Shown here one piece after another: positions 22,714-31,853 of a DNA stretch of 64,000 bases. The stretch is from the NCBI GenBank assembly GCA_039812485.1, contig JBDIAP010000002.1:33-64032 (forward strand). Reading direction: 5' to 3'. The notes beneath the pieces were generated by a model, which ran no database searches, had not been told where the DNA came from, and worked only from the letters and a program-made list of their open reading frames with translations. Source of the stretch: Kineosphaera sp. GTDB taxonomy: Bacteria; Actinomycetota; Actinomycetes; Actinomycetales; Dermatophilaceae. Position 1 is the stretch's first letter. Each line of letters starts with the position of its first letter. Made by a program: the position numbers and the translations under genes.

Positions 22714-23694
22714 GTGTCCGACCGCTCCCTGGTCTTCGTCTTCGCCGCGACGCAGCCGCTCATGCTGCTGGTCGCCTTCCTCATGGGCCTGGGCGCCCGG
22801 CGGATCGCGCGTCGCCGCGCGCTGGTCACGGGATCGACGATGACCGTCGTGTCGGTCGTCGGGGTCAGCACCGGCCTGGCCCTGGCCGGGCTCGTCGTGC
22901 CCGGCGTCCGCCCCTGGTCGCCGGTCGCGCTGCTCATCGCCTTCGGGGTCAACGCGGCGCTGCTGGCCGCCGTGTCGGCGTTCCTCATCTCCCGCGAGGC
23001 GCAGCGCACGTTGCCGCCGATCCGCGACGTCATCGCCGCCGGCGAGTCCGAGCGGCTGGAATTCAAGTCGTCGGCCCGTGTCAACACGCGCACCGGCCAG
23101 CGCGACGAGCGTATGGAGGCGGTCGTCGCCAAGACCGTCGCCGCGTTCCTCAACTCCTCCGGCGGCACCCTCCTGCTGGGCGTCGACGACGACGGCCGAC
23201 CGATCGGCCTGGGGCCGGACTTCGCGACGCTGCGCCAGCCCGACGCCGACCGTTTCGAGCTGTGGCTGCGCGACCTGCTGCAGACCCAGATCGGCCTGAC
23301 CGCCGCCGCGCGACCGATCATCGACTTCACCGCGCTCGACGACGGCAGCCACGTGTGCCGGGTGACGTGCCCGGCCGCGCACGACCCCGTCTACCTGCGG
23401 CCCCGCAAGGGCGCGCCGGCCGAGTTGTGGGTGCGGGTCGGCAACTCCACGCGCGCGTTCGACGTCGCGGAGGCCTCCGACTACGTGCGGGGCCGCTTCG
23501 CCGTGCCGCTCGGGACGTCGCTGCGGGCCCGGCTGCGCTGGTGGCTGCGGCCCCGCCTGCCCGGAGCCGGCGCCTCGGCCGGTCCGTCCGCCGGCACCTC
23601 GGGGAACGCCTCGGGAAAGGCCCCCGAGCAGACCCCCCAGAAGGCCCCCCAGAAGACCTCCGAGAAGTCCCCCGTCGCGGCCGACCCTTCGTAG
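22714..23694 (+). CDS. Membrane protein with 3 N-terminal TM helices and a Schlafen/AlbA_2 domain
   Basis: RBS gaaagggg. ESERLEFKSS, KTVAAFLNSSGGTLLLGVDDDG, WVRVGNSTR. Confidence 0.82.
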   Translation: MSDRSLVFVFAATQPLMLLVAFLMGLGARRIARRRALVTGSTMTVVSVVGVSTGLALAGLVVPGVRPWSPVALLIAFGVNAALLAAVSAFLISREAQRTLPPIRDVIAAGESERLEFKSSARVNTRTGQRDERMEAVVAKTVAAFLNSSGGTLLLGVDDDGRPIGLGPDFATLRQPDADRFELWLRDLLQTQIGLTAAARPIIDFTALDDGSHVCRVTCPAAHDPVYLRPRKGAPAELWVRVGNSTRAFDVAEASDYVRGRFAVPLGTSLRARLRWWLRPRLPGAGASAGPSAGTSGNASGKAPEQTPQKAPQKTSEKSPVAADPS

Positions 23695-23722
23695 AGCCCG
23701 CGTCACCGCGCGCGAGCGCCCG

Positions 23723-24157
23723 TCAGGCGCTGCGGCGCTGCACGTCACGCCGCCAGCGGCGCACGCCCAGCGGGGCTGCGAGGGCGACGGCGAGCAGGCC
23801 GATGCCATGGTCGGCGAGCACGTGCTCGACGGCGTCGCGGGTCTGGTGGTCGTTGCCCGTGGCGCGCAGCGGGCCGGGGCGCGCGATGACGACGACCATG
23901 TGCGCGACGTGGAACTCGGCGAGGTGCCCCACGAATCGATCGAGCACGCGGCGCTGCTCCAGACCGTGGGTGTCGTAGCCCCAGTCGTCGATCGCGATGG
24001 GTTGCACGACCCGGCCGCGCCCGTCGCACAAGAGCAGATAGAGGCAGCCCTGCTCGCGGCTGCTCTGGCACGCGAAGAGGTCGACGGCGTCCTCGAAGAT
24101 GTCGGCGTCGGTGACGGGCCGCTCGGCCCAGCCCGGGGGGAGGTCGTGAAAGCTCAT
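23723..24157 (-). CDS. Hypothetical protein (144 aa), possibly a degenerate JAB/RadC-like fold
   Basis: Non-shadow composition MSFHDLPPGW...YLLLCDGRGRVVQPIAIDD. Confidence 0.7.
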   Translation of the reverse strand: MSFHDLPPGWAERPVTDADIFEDAVDLFACQSSREQGCLYLLLCDGRGRVVQPIAIDDWGYDTHGLEQRRVLDRFVGHLAEFHVAHMVVVIARPGPLRATGNDHQTRDAVEHVLADHGIGLLAVALAAPLGVRRWRRDVQRRSA

Positions 24158-24193
24158 CACCCCAGGCTGCCCGTCCGGCGGCCCCGGCGACGG

Positions 24194-24220
24194 CGGTTGT
24201 CCACAGGCTGTGGACAACCG
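24194..24220. promoter_or_regulatory. Inverted pair of TTGTCCACA DnaA-box-type 9-mers with a 3-nt spacer
   Basis: cggttgtccaca-ggc-tgtggacaaccg. Confidence 0.55.
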
Positions 24221-24228
24221 GTCCTCGG

Positions 24229-25113
24229 TCAGGCCGCGAGGACCGGTTCCGTCGCCTGCAGAGCCCGGAGCATGACGAGCCCGGTGAGTGAGTCGGAGAG
24301 GGTCGCAGCCGTCGCGTGCAGTCCGAGGGATCGCGCGCTTTCCAGCCCGGCATCGAGCAGCCGCCCGGGCGCCAGGAACCAGGGGACGACCGCGGGCGAG
24401 GCGGCCCCCCGCTGGGTCAGCTCGCTCAGCGCGTCGTGCAGGGTGCGTCCACGGGTCACGAAGGCGGCCCGGGCCGGCACCTCCAGGGCACGACCGACCC
24501 GCTCCGCGACCTCGTCGACCTCGGCGTTGGCGGCGTCGTGTGACGAGCCGACGCCGAGCAGCAGGACGCCATCGTGGCCCGCAGCGCACTGCGCGCCGCG
24601 CGGCTCGGCGCCTCCCCCGAGACGCGCGAGTTCGGCCACGGTGGCGGCGCGCTCGGCGCCCGCACCGAGCAGTGGCCGCACGCGGCCGGCCACGGCGGCA
24701 TCGAGCATCGGGTGCGGACCGAGCACGTCCGCGATGCTGACGTCGAGGTCGCGCCGCCCGCGCAGCGCTGCCCGCGCCCGCCCGGGCAGGTCGTCGCGGG
24801 CGTGAAAGGCCGAGGTCAGCAGCAGCGGCACGAGCCGCACCCGACCCCGGGCGCGCGCGAGCACATGCTCCAACGACGGCTCGTTGAGCTCGAGGAAGGC
24901 CAGCTCCACCGTCGCGACCCCGGCCAGCTCGGCCCCGACGCGCTCGGTGAGCGCGTGCAGGGCCTGCGCCGACCGCGGGTCTCGGCTGCCGTGGCCCACG
25001 AGCACGACGCTCGTCCCGGGCTCCACGCCGCTGCGGTGCATTGCACCGGGACGCACGCCACTGCGATGCCCGCCGCTGACGGGCACGCCGGGCTCCCCGA
25101 CGCCCAGAGGCAT
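24229..25113 (-). CDS. Sirohydrochlorin chelatase (CbiX/SirB family); start may be 25041
   Basis: LVGHGSRD, LAFLEL, PLLLTSAFHARDD, PWFLAPG. Confidence 0.85.
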   Translation of the reverse strand: MPLGVGEPGVPVSGGHRSGVRPGAMHRSGVEPGTSVVLVGHGSRDPRSAQALHALTERVGAELAGVATVELAFLELNEPSLEHVLARARGRVRLVPLLLTSAFHARDDLPGRARAALRGRRDLDVSIADVLGPHPMLDAAVAGRVRPLLGAGAERAATVAELARLGGGAEPRGAQCAAGHDGVLLLGVGSSHDAANAEVDEVAERVGRALEVPARAAFVTRGRTLHDALSELTQRGAASPAVVPWFLAPGRLLDAGLESARSLGLHATAATLSDSLTGLVMLRALQATEPVLAA

Positions 25114-25118
25114 GCCGC

Positions 25119-26486
25119 TCAGATGCTCGGGTCGAAGGCCCGAGTCAACGGGTCCCCGACCATGCCGGCGGCCAGCGTCGCGCCGCTCGCCGGGTCGATG
25201 ACGAGGAAGCCGCCGGTGCCGCGGTTGTCGAAGTAGTCGTCGACCGCGACCGGCTCGGCGAGCCGCACGTGCACCCGCGCGATGTCGTTGAGCTCGGCCT
25301 GAGTGCCGGTCTCGATCCACTCCTGGGCGTCGACGTCCCAGTGCGCGCCGACGCTGGTCAGGAGGCCGCGCACCGCCTTCGTGCCCGACTTGACGAGCAC
25401 CCGCTGCCCGGGGGCCGACGCCCGCTCGGCGAGCCAGCAGACGACGCCGACGAGCTCGGAGGTGATGACCGGCTCCTGGCCGGGGTGCGCGAGCACCTGG
25501 CCGCGGCCCACGTCGAGCTCGTCCTCCAGCAGGATCGTCACCGAGTCGCCCGCGACGGCCTCGGTCACCGGGCCCGAGGGCGTGTCGATGCCGGTGACGA
25601 CCGAGCTGAGCTCGCCCGGGAGGGCCACGACCCGATCGCCGACCCGCACCGTGCCGGAGGCGACCCGACCCGCGAGCCCGCGGTAGTCGGGGTGCTCGGC
25701 CGTGCGCGGCCGGATGACGAGCTGCACGGGCAGCCGGAAGTCGGCGCTGCGCGCCGCGACCGACTCGTCCAGACCCTCGAGGATCTCCAACAGGCTCGGG
25801 CCGTCATACCAGGCGCTGGCCTCGTCCGAGGAGTCGTGCGCCGCGACGTTCTGGCCGGTGAGCGCGCTGACGGGCACGACCTGCAGCCGCTTGGCGCCCA
25901 GCTTGTCGGCGACCGCGCGCACGTCGCGGGCGACGTCGTCGAAGCGGGCCTGGTCCCAGTCGACCGCGTCCATCTTGTTGACCGCGACGAGCACGTGCGG
26001 CACCCGCAGCAGCGCCATGACCGCGAGGTGGCGGCGGGTCTGCACGGAGACGCCGTTGCGGACGTCGACGAGCACGACCGCGGCCTGCGCGGTCGACGCG
26101 CCGGTCACCGTGTTGCGCGTGTATTGCGTGTGGCCGGGGGTGTCGGCGAGCACGAAGCTGCGCCGCGGCGTCGAGAAGTAGCGGTAGGCCACGTCGATCG
26201 TGATGCCCTGCTCCCGCTCGGCGCGCAGGCCGTCGGTGAGCAGCGCGAGGTCGACGACGTCGGAGCCGCGGCGGCGGCTCGCGGCGGCGACCGCGTCGTA
26301 CTGGTCGGCGAGGATCGACTTGGTGTCGTAGAGCAGCCGGCCCACGAGGGTGGACTTGCCGTCGTCGACGGAGCCGGCGATGACCAGGCGCAGCTCGGCG
26401 CGCTGGGCGGTCAGCACCTGCTCCGCGAGCTCCGAGCCCTGAGCGATCTCGGCGGCGTGCGCGTCGGTGTCCAGCGTCGTCGTCAT
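25119..26486 (-). CDS. cysN: Sulfate adenylyltransferase subunit 1
   Basis: GSVDDGKSTLVGRLL, AEREQGITIDVAYRYF, DTPGH, NKMD. Confidence 0.96.
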   Translation of the reverse strand: MTTTLDTDAHAAEIAQGSELAEQVLTAQRAELRLVIAGSVDDGKSTLVGRLLYDTKSILADQYDAVAAASRRRGSDVVDLALLTDGLRAEREQGITIDVAYRYFSTPRRSFVLADTPGHTQYTRNTVTGASTAQAAVVLVDVRNGVSVQTRRHLAVMALLRVPHVLVAVNKMDAVDWDQARFDDVARDVRAVADKLGAKRLQVVPVSALTGQNVAAHDSSDEASAWYDGPSLLEILEGLDESVAARSADFRLPVQLVIRPRTAEHPDYRGLAGRVASGTVRVGDRVVALPGELSSVVTGIDTPSGPVTEAVAGDSVTILLEDELDVGRGQVLAHPGQEPVITSELVGVVCWLAERASAPGQRVLVKSGTKAVRGLLTSVGAHWDVDAQEWIETGTQAELNDIARVHVRLAEPVAVDDYFDNRGTGGFLVIDPASGATLAAGMVGDPLTRAFDPSI

Positions 26487-27466
26487 CAGAAGTAGCCCTC
26501 TCGCTTGCGGTCTTCCATCGCGGCATCGGAGATGCGGTCGTCGCCCCGGGTCGCGCCGCGCTCGGTGAGGCGGGTCACCGAGATCTCGGCGATGACCTCG
26601 GCCACCGTCGTGGCCTCCGAGTCGACCGCGCCGGTCAGCGATCCGTCGCCCACCGTGCGGTAGCGCACCGTGCGCGTCTGCAGCGTCTCGCCCTCGCGCG
26701 GGCCGCCCCACGGGCCGGGAGTGAGCCACATGCCGTCGCGCTGCCACACGTCGCGCTCGTGGGCGTAGTAGATCGAGGGGAGCTCGACGTTCTCGGCCGC
26801 GATGTAACGCCAGATGTCGAGCTCGGTGAAGTTGCTGAGCGGGAACACGCGGGTGTGCTCCCCCGGCGCATGCCGTCCGTTGTAGACGGTCCACAGCTCC
26901 GGGCGCTGTGCCCGCGGGTCCCAGCCGCCGAAGGCGTCGCGGATCGAGAAGATGCGCTCCTTGGCGCGGGCGCGGTCCTCGTCGCGGCGGGCGCCGCCGA
27001 GCACCGCGTCGAAGCGGCCCTCGTTGATCGTGTCGAGCAGCGGCACGGTCTGCAGGGGGTTGCGGGTGCCGTCGGCGCGCTCGACGACCCGGCCGTCGGC
27101 GATCCAGTCCTCGACCTTCGCGACGACGAGGTTGAGCCCCTGCTCGGCGACGATCCGGTCGCGGAACTCCAGCACCTCGGGCAGGTTGTGCCCGGTGTCG
27201 ACGTGCACGAGCGTGATCGGCAGCGGGGCGGGCGCGGTCGCCTTGCGGGCCAGGTGCAGCAGCACCGCCGAGTCCTTGCCGCCGCTGAAGAGCAGCGCCG
27301 GCCGGTCGAACTCGGCGACGACCTCGCGGATGATCTGGATGGCCTCGGACTCCAGGGCCCGCAGCGAAGCGTCGAGCGCCACGCCCGGCGCCGTGGCGCT
27401 GGAGTCGGGCGACGCCTCGGTCGCAGCGGCCACCGCGGCGGGCCGGGAGTCGGTCGTTGCGGTCAC
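26486..27466 (-). CDS. cysD: Sulfate adenylyltransferase subunit 2
   Basis: FSGGKDS, HVDTGHN, GARRDEDRARAKER, MEDRKREGYF. Confidence 0.97.
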   Translation of the reverse strand: MTATTDSRPAAVAAATEASPDSSATAPGVALDASLRALESEAIQIIREVVAEFDRPALLFSGGKDSAVLLHLARKATAPAPLPITLVHVDTGHNLPEVLEFRDRIVAEQGLNLVVAKVEDWIADGRVVERADGTRNPLQTVPLLDTINEGRFDAVLGGARRDEDRARAKERIFSIRDAFGGWDPRAQRPELWTVYNGRHAPGEHTRVFPLSNFTELDIWRYIAAENVELPSIYYAHERDVWQRDGMWLTPGPWGGPREGETLQTRTVRYRTVGDGSLTGAVDSEATTVAEVIAEISVTRLTERGATRGDDRISDAAMEDRKREGYF

Positions 27467-28071
27467 AACAGTCCTCTCTGGTCGAGCAGGTCGAGCACGG
27501 CGTCGACCTCGGCGGACACCTCGGCGTCCGTCGTGTCGAACCGCAGGTCGGGGTCGGCGGGCTCCTCGTAGGGGTCGTCGACCCCCGTCAGCGAGGCGAT
27601 CTGACCCGCCGCGTGCTTGGCGTAGAGACCCTTGACGTCGCGGCGCGCGCACTCCTGCACGGGCGTCGCGACATGCACCAACACGTAGGCGGTGCCGTCG
27701 GCGGCGTGGGCCGCGCGAATCGCCTCGCGGGTCTGCGCGTAGGGGGCGATGACCGGCACCAGCGCGACGACGCCGTGCCGGGCGAGCAGCCTGGCCAGGT
27801 AGCCGACGCGGCCGACGTGGGCGTCGCGGTCGGCCCGGGTGAAGCCGAGGCCTGGCGACAGGGCGTCGCGCAGCTCGTCGCCGTCGAGCACCTCGGCGGC
27901 CCGGCCCCGGGCGCGCAGCCGGTCGGCGACCGCGAACGCGATCGTCGACTTGCCGGAGCCGGACAGTCCGGTGAGCCACACGGTGACGCCGGGCGCGCCG
28001 GTCGCGGCGCGTGGGGCCGCGCCGCCAGGCGCCTGCGCCGCGTCGAGGGTCTGGGTGTCGGACGGATTCAT
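27463..28071 (-). CDS. cysC: Adenylyl-sulfate kinase
   Basis: WLTGLSGSGKSTIA, LDGDELR, RDVKGLY, GVDDPYEEP. Confidence 0.96.
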   Translation of the reverse strand: MNPSDTQTLDAAQAPGGAAPRAATGAPGVTVWLTGLSGSGKSTIAFAVADRLRARGRAAEVLDGDELRDALSPGLGFTRADRDAHVGRVGYLARLLARHGVVALVPVIAPYAQTREAIRAAHAADGTAYVLVHVATPVQECARRDVKGLYAKHAAGQIASLTGVDDPYEEPADPDLRFDTTDAEVSAEVDAVLDLLDQRGLL

Positions 28072-28232
28072 CCGTTGATCCCGTTCATCTGATCCCGTTC
28101 GTCTGTGGGGGTCTCGTTCACGCGTTGATCCCGGTCATCCGTTGATCTGATCCCGGTCAGACGTGGATGACTCATACGTTGATGACCCATGCCTGGATGA
28201 CTCAGACGTGGATGACTCATACGTTGATCCCG
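28066..28232. repeat. Degenerate tandem repeats of about 15 bp filling the cysH-cysC spacer
   Basis: gatgactcatacgtt / gatgacccatgcctg / gatgactcagacgtg / gatgactcatacgtt at 28166-28225, plus gatcccg(t/g)tc units at 28077-28165. Confidence 0.8.
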
Positions 28233-28999
28233 CATTCGGTCTTGGTGGTGCCCGCCCAGCGGCCGGCGCGGGGGTCTTCGCCCGGGAGCACCTTGCGCGT
28301 GCACGGGGCGCAACCGATCGAGGGGTAGCCCTGGTCGAGCAGCGCGTTGCGCACGATGTCGTGCTCCTGCGCGTAGGCCTCGACCTCCTCGTCGGTCCAG
28401 GCCGCCAGGGGCGCGATCTTCACGCGCTGGCGGCGCCCGTCATACATGATCTGCGTCGTCGTGCGCCGCGTGATCGCCTCCGCGCGACGCACGCCGGTGG
28501 CCCAGGCCTCGTAGAACTCCATGGCCTCGTCCAGCGGCACCTCCTTGCGCAGGAAGCAGCACAGGTCGGGGTTGGAGCCGAAGAGGTCCGCGCCGTAGGT
28601 CTCGTCCTGCTCCTGCGTCGACAGGTCGGAGCGCAGGTCGACGACGTTGACGGCATACCGCTCGCGCACGGCGTCGCGCGTCGCGAGGGTCTCGGCGAAG
28701 TGGTAGCCGGTCTCGAGGAAGAGCACGTCGGTGCCCGGCGCCACGCTCGCCACGAGGTGCGCGAGCACCGTGTCCTGCATCGAGGAGGTCAGCGCCCAGC
28801 GCGGCCCGAAGGTGCGCGCCGCCCAGGCGATGACGTCGCGCGCGTCGGCGTCGTGGTCGTCGGTGATGCCCAGCTCGGCGCGCCCCCGGGCGACGATCTC
28901 CCGCAGGCCCTCCGGGGAGCGCGGGGCGAACGGCGTGGGAAGGCTCCCCGGCTCACGCACACTGTCCTGTGCAGTGACGTCGGTGGCGAGGCGCGTCAT
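28217..28999 (-). CDS. cysH: APS/PAPS reductase (CC...CxxC, Fe-S APS-reductase type)
   Basis: SSMQD, LETGYHF, LCCFLRK, GYPSIGCAPCT, GRWAG..KTECG. Confidence 0.94.
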   Translation of the reverse strand: MTRLATDVTAQDSVREPGSLPTPFAPRSPEGLREIVARGRAELGITDDHDADARDVIAWAARTFGPRWALTSSMQDTVLAHLVASVAPGTDVLFLETGYHFAETLATRDAVRERYAVNVVDLRSDLSTQEQDETYGADLFGSNPDLCCFLRKEVPLDEAMEFYEAWATGVRRAEAITRRTTTQIMYDGRRQRVKIAPLAAWTDEEVEAYAQEHDIVRNALLDQGYPSIGCAPCTRKVLPGEDPRAGRWAGTTKTECGINV

Positions 29000-30723
29000 A
29001 CGAGCTGCTCCTCCGGGGCCCGCTGCGCCCACTGGGCGAAGCGCTCGCCCTCGGCCTTGCCCGCGGCGTAGTTGCGCACGACCCGCTCGACGTAGTCGCC
29101 GAGCCCGGCGGAGGTCACCTTGTGGCCGCGCAGCTTGCGGCCGAGGCCGGAGTCGGCGCCGAGGCCGCCGCCGAGGTGCACCTGGAAACCCTCGACCTGG
29201 TTGCCGTCGTCGTCGGTGACGATCTGGCCCTTGAGGCCGATGTCGGTGGTCTGGATGCGCGCGCAGCTGTTGGGGCAACCGTTGATGCCGATGCTCACCG
29301 GCCGGTCGAGCGCGAGCCCGTCGAGGCGCTGCTCGAGATCGTCGACGAGGCTCGCCGCGCGGCCCTTGGTGTCGACGATCGCGAGCTTGCAGAATTCCAG
29401 CCCGGTGCAGGCCAGCGTGCCGCGACGCCACGTCGAGGCGCGCGCCCGCAGACCGGTGCGCTCGACGTCCTCGATGAGCTGGTCGACCTTGTCGGGCTCG
29501 ACGTCGAGCACGAGGAGCTTCTGCAGGGGGGTGAGCCGCACTCGGTCCGACCCAGCGGCTCGGGCCGCGTCGGCGACGGCCTGCAGGATCGTGCCGCTGA
29601 CGCGGCCGCCGACGGGCGTGAACCCGACGAAACGCTTGCCGTCCTGCTGCTCGTTGACGCCGACGTAGTCGACGGGCACGTCCGGCGGCTGGGACGCCGG
29701 GCCGTCGAGGAAGGGCCGCTTGAGGTATTCGCGCTCGAGGATCTCGCGGACCTTCTCCGCGCCCAGGTCGTTGACCAGGTACTTCAGCCGCGCGCGGTTG
29801 CGCAGGCGACGGTAGCCGTAGTCGCGGAAGAACGACGTCACCGCGACCCAGACCTCCGGCACCTCCTCCAGCGGCACCCAGGCACCCAGCCGCGGCGCGA
29901 GGAAGGCGCTCGTCGAGAGCCCCCCGCCGACGAGCAGGTCGAAGCCGGGCCCGTGCTCGGGGTGGACGACGCCGACGAACGAGACGTCGTTGATCTCGGG
30001 GATCGCGTCCCAGTTCCACGCGACGCTCGTCTTGTATTTGCGCGGCAGGTTCGCGAACGACGGGTCGCCGATGTAGCGACGCTTGATCTCCGCGAGCGCG
30101 GGCGTCGGGTCGATGAGGTCGCCCTTGGCGATGCCGGCGACCGGCGAGCCGAGCATGACGCGCGGGCAGTCGCCACACGCCTCGGTCGTGTCGAGACCGA
30201 CCGCCGCGAGGCGCTCCCAGATCGTCGGGACGTCCTCGATGCGCACCCAGTGGAACTGGATGTTGTGCCGGTCGGTGATGTCGGCGGTGTCGCGCGCATA
30301 GCGCGTCGACAGGTCGGCGATCGTCTCCAGCTGCGCGAGGTTGAGGGCGCCGCCGTCGATGCGCACGCGCATCATGAAGTGGCTGTCCTCGAGCTCCTCG
30401 GGCTCCAGCTGCGCGGTGCGCCCGCCCTCGATGCCCGGCTTGCGCTGCGTGTAGAGGCCCATCCAGCGGAAACGCCCTCGGAGGTCGTCACTCGGGATCG
30501 AGTCGAAGCCCTCGATCGCGTAGGTGTCGAGGATGCGCGCGCGCACGTTGAGCGGGTTGTCGTCGCGCTTGAACTCTTCGTTGTGGTTCAGCGGCTCCGT
30601 CTGACCGAGCGCCCACTGGCCTTCCGGCCGGGCCGGGCGACCGGCCCCGCGGCGCTGGGGTCGGCCAGCGGCCTTCGCGGGCTGAGCGCCCACCCTCGCA
30701 TAATCCCCGGTTGTGATGACCAT
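28996..30723 (-). CDS. sir: Ferredoxin-dependent sulfite reductase (nitrite/sulfite reductase family)
   Basis: RWMGLYTQR, TEACGDCPR, LPRKYK, CTGLEFC, NGCPNSCA; context within the cys operon. Confidence 0.92.
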   Translation of the reverse strand: MVITTGDYARVGAQPAKAAGRPQRRGAGRPARPEGQWALGQTEPLNHNEEFKRDDNPLNVRARILDTYAIEGFDSIPSDDLRGRFRWMGLYTQRKPGIEGGRTAQLEPEELEDSHFMMRVRIDGGALNLAQLETIADLSTRYARDTADITDRHNIQFHWVRIEDVPTIWERLAAVGLDTTEACGDCPRVMLGSPVAGIAKGDLIDPTPALAEIKRRYIGDPSFANLPRKYKTSVAWNWDAIPEINDVSFVGVVHPEHGPGFDLLVGGGLSTSAFLAPRLGAWVPLEEVPEVWVAVTSFFRDYGYRRLRNRARLKYLVNDLGAEKVREILEREYLKRPFLDGPASQPPDVPVDYVGVNEQQDGKRFVGFTPVGGRVSGTILQAVADAARAAGSDRVRLTPLQKLLVLDVEPDKVDQLIEDVERTGLRARASTWRRGTLACTGLEFCKLAIVDTKGRAASLVDDLEQRLDGLALDRPVSIGINGCPNSCARIQTTDIGLKGQIVTDDDGNQVEGFQVHLGGGLGADSGLGRKLRGHKVTSAGLGDYVERVVRNYAAGKAEGERFAQWAQRAPEEQLV

Positions 30724-30743
30724 GACGACACCTTATATGGCGA

Positions 30744-31307
30744 CTAATCGGCGGCCCGGCCCCTGTCCACGGATCGGTCGCCGCGCGCACCGGCGCCGCT
30801 GCCGGTCGCGTCGAGCACCTGCCGCAGCCGCGCCGCCAGCTCGTCGCGCAGCCGCCGCGAGAGGCGGTAGTCCCCACCGGTCGTCAGGGCGAACTGCACG
30901 TGATCGCAGCGGCCGCTCGCCGGCGTGACGGCCTGACCGAGCCCGCCGGCGTCGGCCCGCACGCAGAAGAGGCGGCGCGACTCGGCCTCGGCGACGACCT
31001 GCGCGTTGACGAGCGGGTCGTCGGTGCAGGCCATGGCGTACCAGCAGGCGGCGAGGTCCCCGGGCGCGTAGCGCCGGGCCTCCCACGTGATCCGTCCGGC
31101 CTGGGCCGCGACACCGACTCGCGGGTCGACCCACGGGGCGATCACCCGCACGAGCGCCCCCGCGGCGAGCAGCGTCTCCAGCCGGCGGGCGACGACCCGC
31201 CCGCCCCCGACGAGCACGACGCTCCGGCCCTCCAGGTGGAGCCCGGCGAGATAGACGGCGGGGTAGGACGATCCGGCGGCACGACTCGATGCCCCGGAGC
31301 TGGTCAT
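30744..31307 (-). CDS. Precorrin-2 dehydrogenase (CysG N-terminal/SirC-like)
   Basis: VVLVGGGRVVARRL, ACTDDPLVN, F-C-VRAD. Confidence 0.85.
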   Translation of the reverse strand: MTSSGASSRAAGSSYPAVYLAGLHLEGRSVVLVGGGRVVARRLETLLAAGALVRVIAPWVDPRVGVAAQAGRITWEARRYAPGDLAACWYAMACTDDPLVNAQVVAEAESRRLFCVRADAGGLGQAVTPASGRCDHVQFALTTGGDYRLSRRLRDELAARLRQVLDATGSGAGARGDRSVDRGRAAD

Positions 31308-31410
31308 CCCCGCATGCTGTCACAGCGGCGCCGCCACCTCTGCGCCGCCACCCGGCGACAGAGGCCGCCGCCCTGCGGCAGCGCGACTCGGGTGCGACGG
31401 CCTCGACGCG

Positions 31411-31653
31411 TCAGGGGCGGCCGTAGGGGTCGTTCGGCGGCGGCGGGGCCTGGTAGTCGCGGCGCTCGACGACGGTGGTGTCGGTGCGGCGGCGCTGCCC
31501 AGCGATGACGAACGAGAGGATGACGGTGACGACGCCGGCCGCCATGCAGATGTAGCCGACCATGACGAGGTTGACGCCGGCGAGCCGATCGGAGACGGCG
31601 AAGCTCAGGATTGCGCCGAGCGCGACGAGGAAGACCCCCAGTCCGACGGACAT
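31411..31653 (-). CDS. Small 2-TM membrane protein (DUF6458-like)
   Basis: MSVGLGVFLVALGAILSFAV...VGYICMAAG; RBS gggaggt. Confidence 0.78.
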   Translation of the reverse strand: MSVGLGVFLVALGAILSFAVSDRLAGVNLVMVGYICMAAGVVTVILSFVIAGQRRRTDTTVVERRDYQAPPPPNDPYGRP

Positions 31654-31853
31654 GACACCTCCCAGGTGCGACAACAGGCCAGGTTGTGGACACAGACGTG
31701 CTCCTATCGGCACGCCCGCATCGGCCCTGTAGGCGAATCCCTTTGGAATCCGCGTGGACTCGTTGCCTTGGACCCCGCTGGACCCGCGGGACGGCACACG
31801 CTCCGCAGCACAGCTGCGGGCATAGCCGCGGCGGATCGGCGGTTACCGTCGAT

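Noticed and set aside
21106-23694. 862-aa ORF suggesting a giant Schlafen fusion
   Set aside because: The first 536 codons are antisense to malic enzyme. The RBS and composition support a start at 22714.
28066-28232. CRISPR array
   Set aside because: The units are about 15 bp, directly abutting, with no unique spacers and no cas genes.
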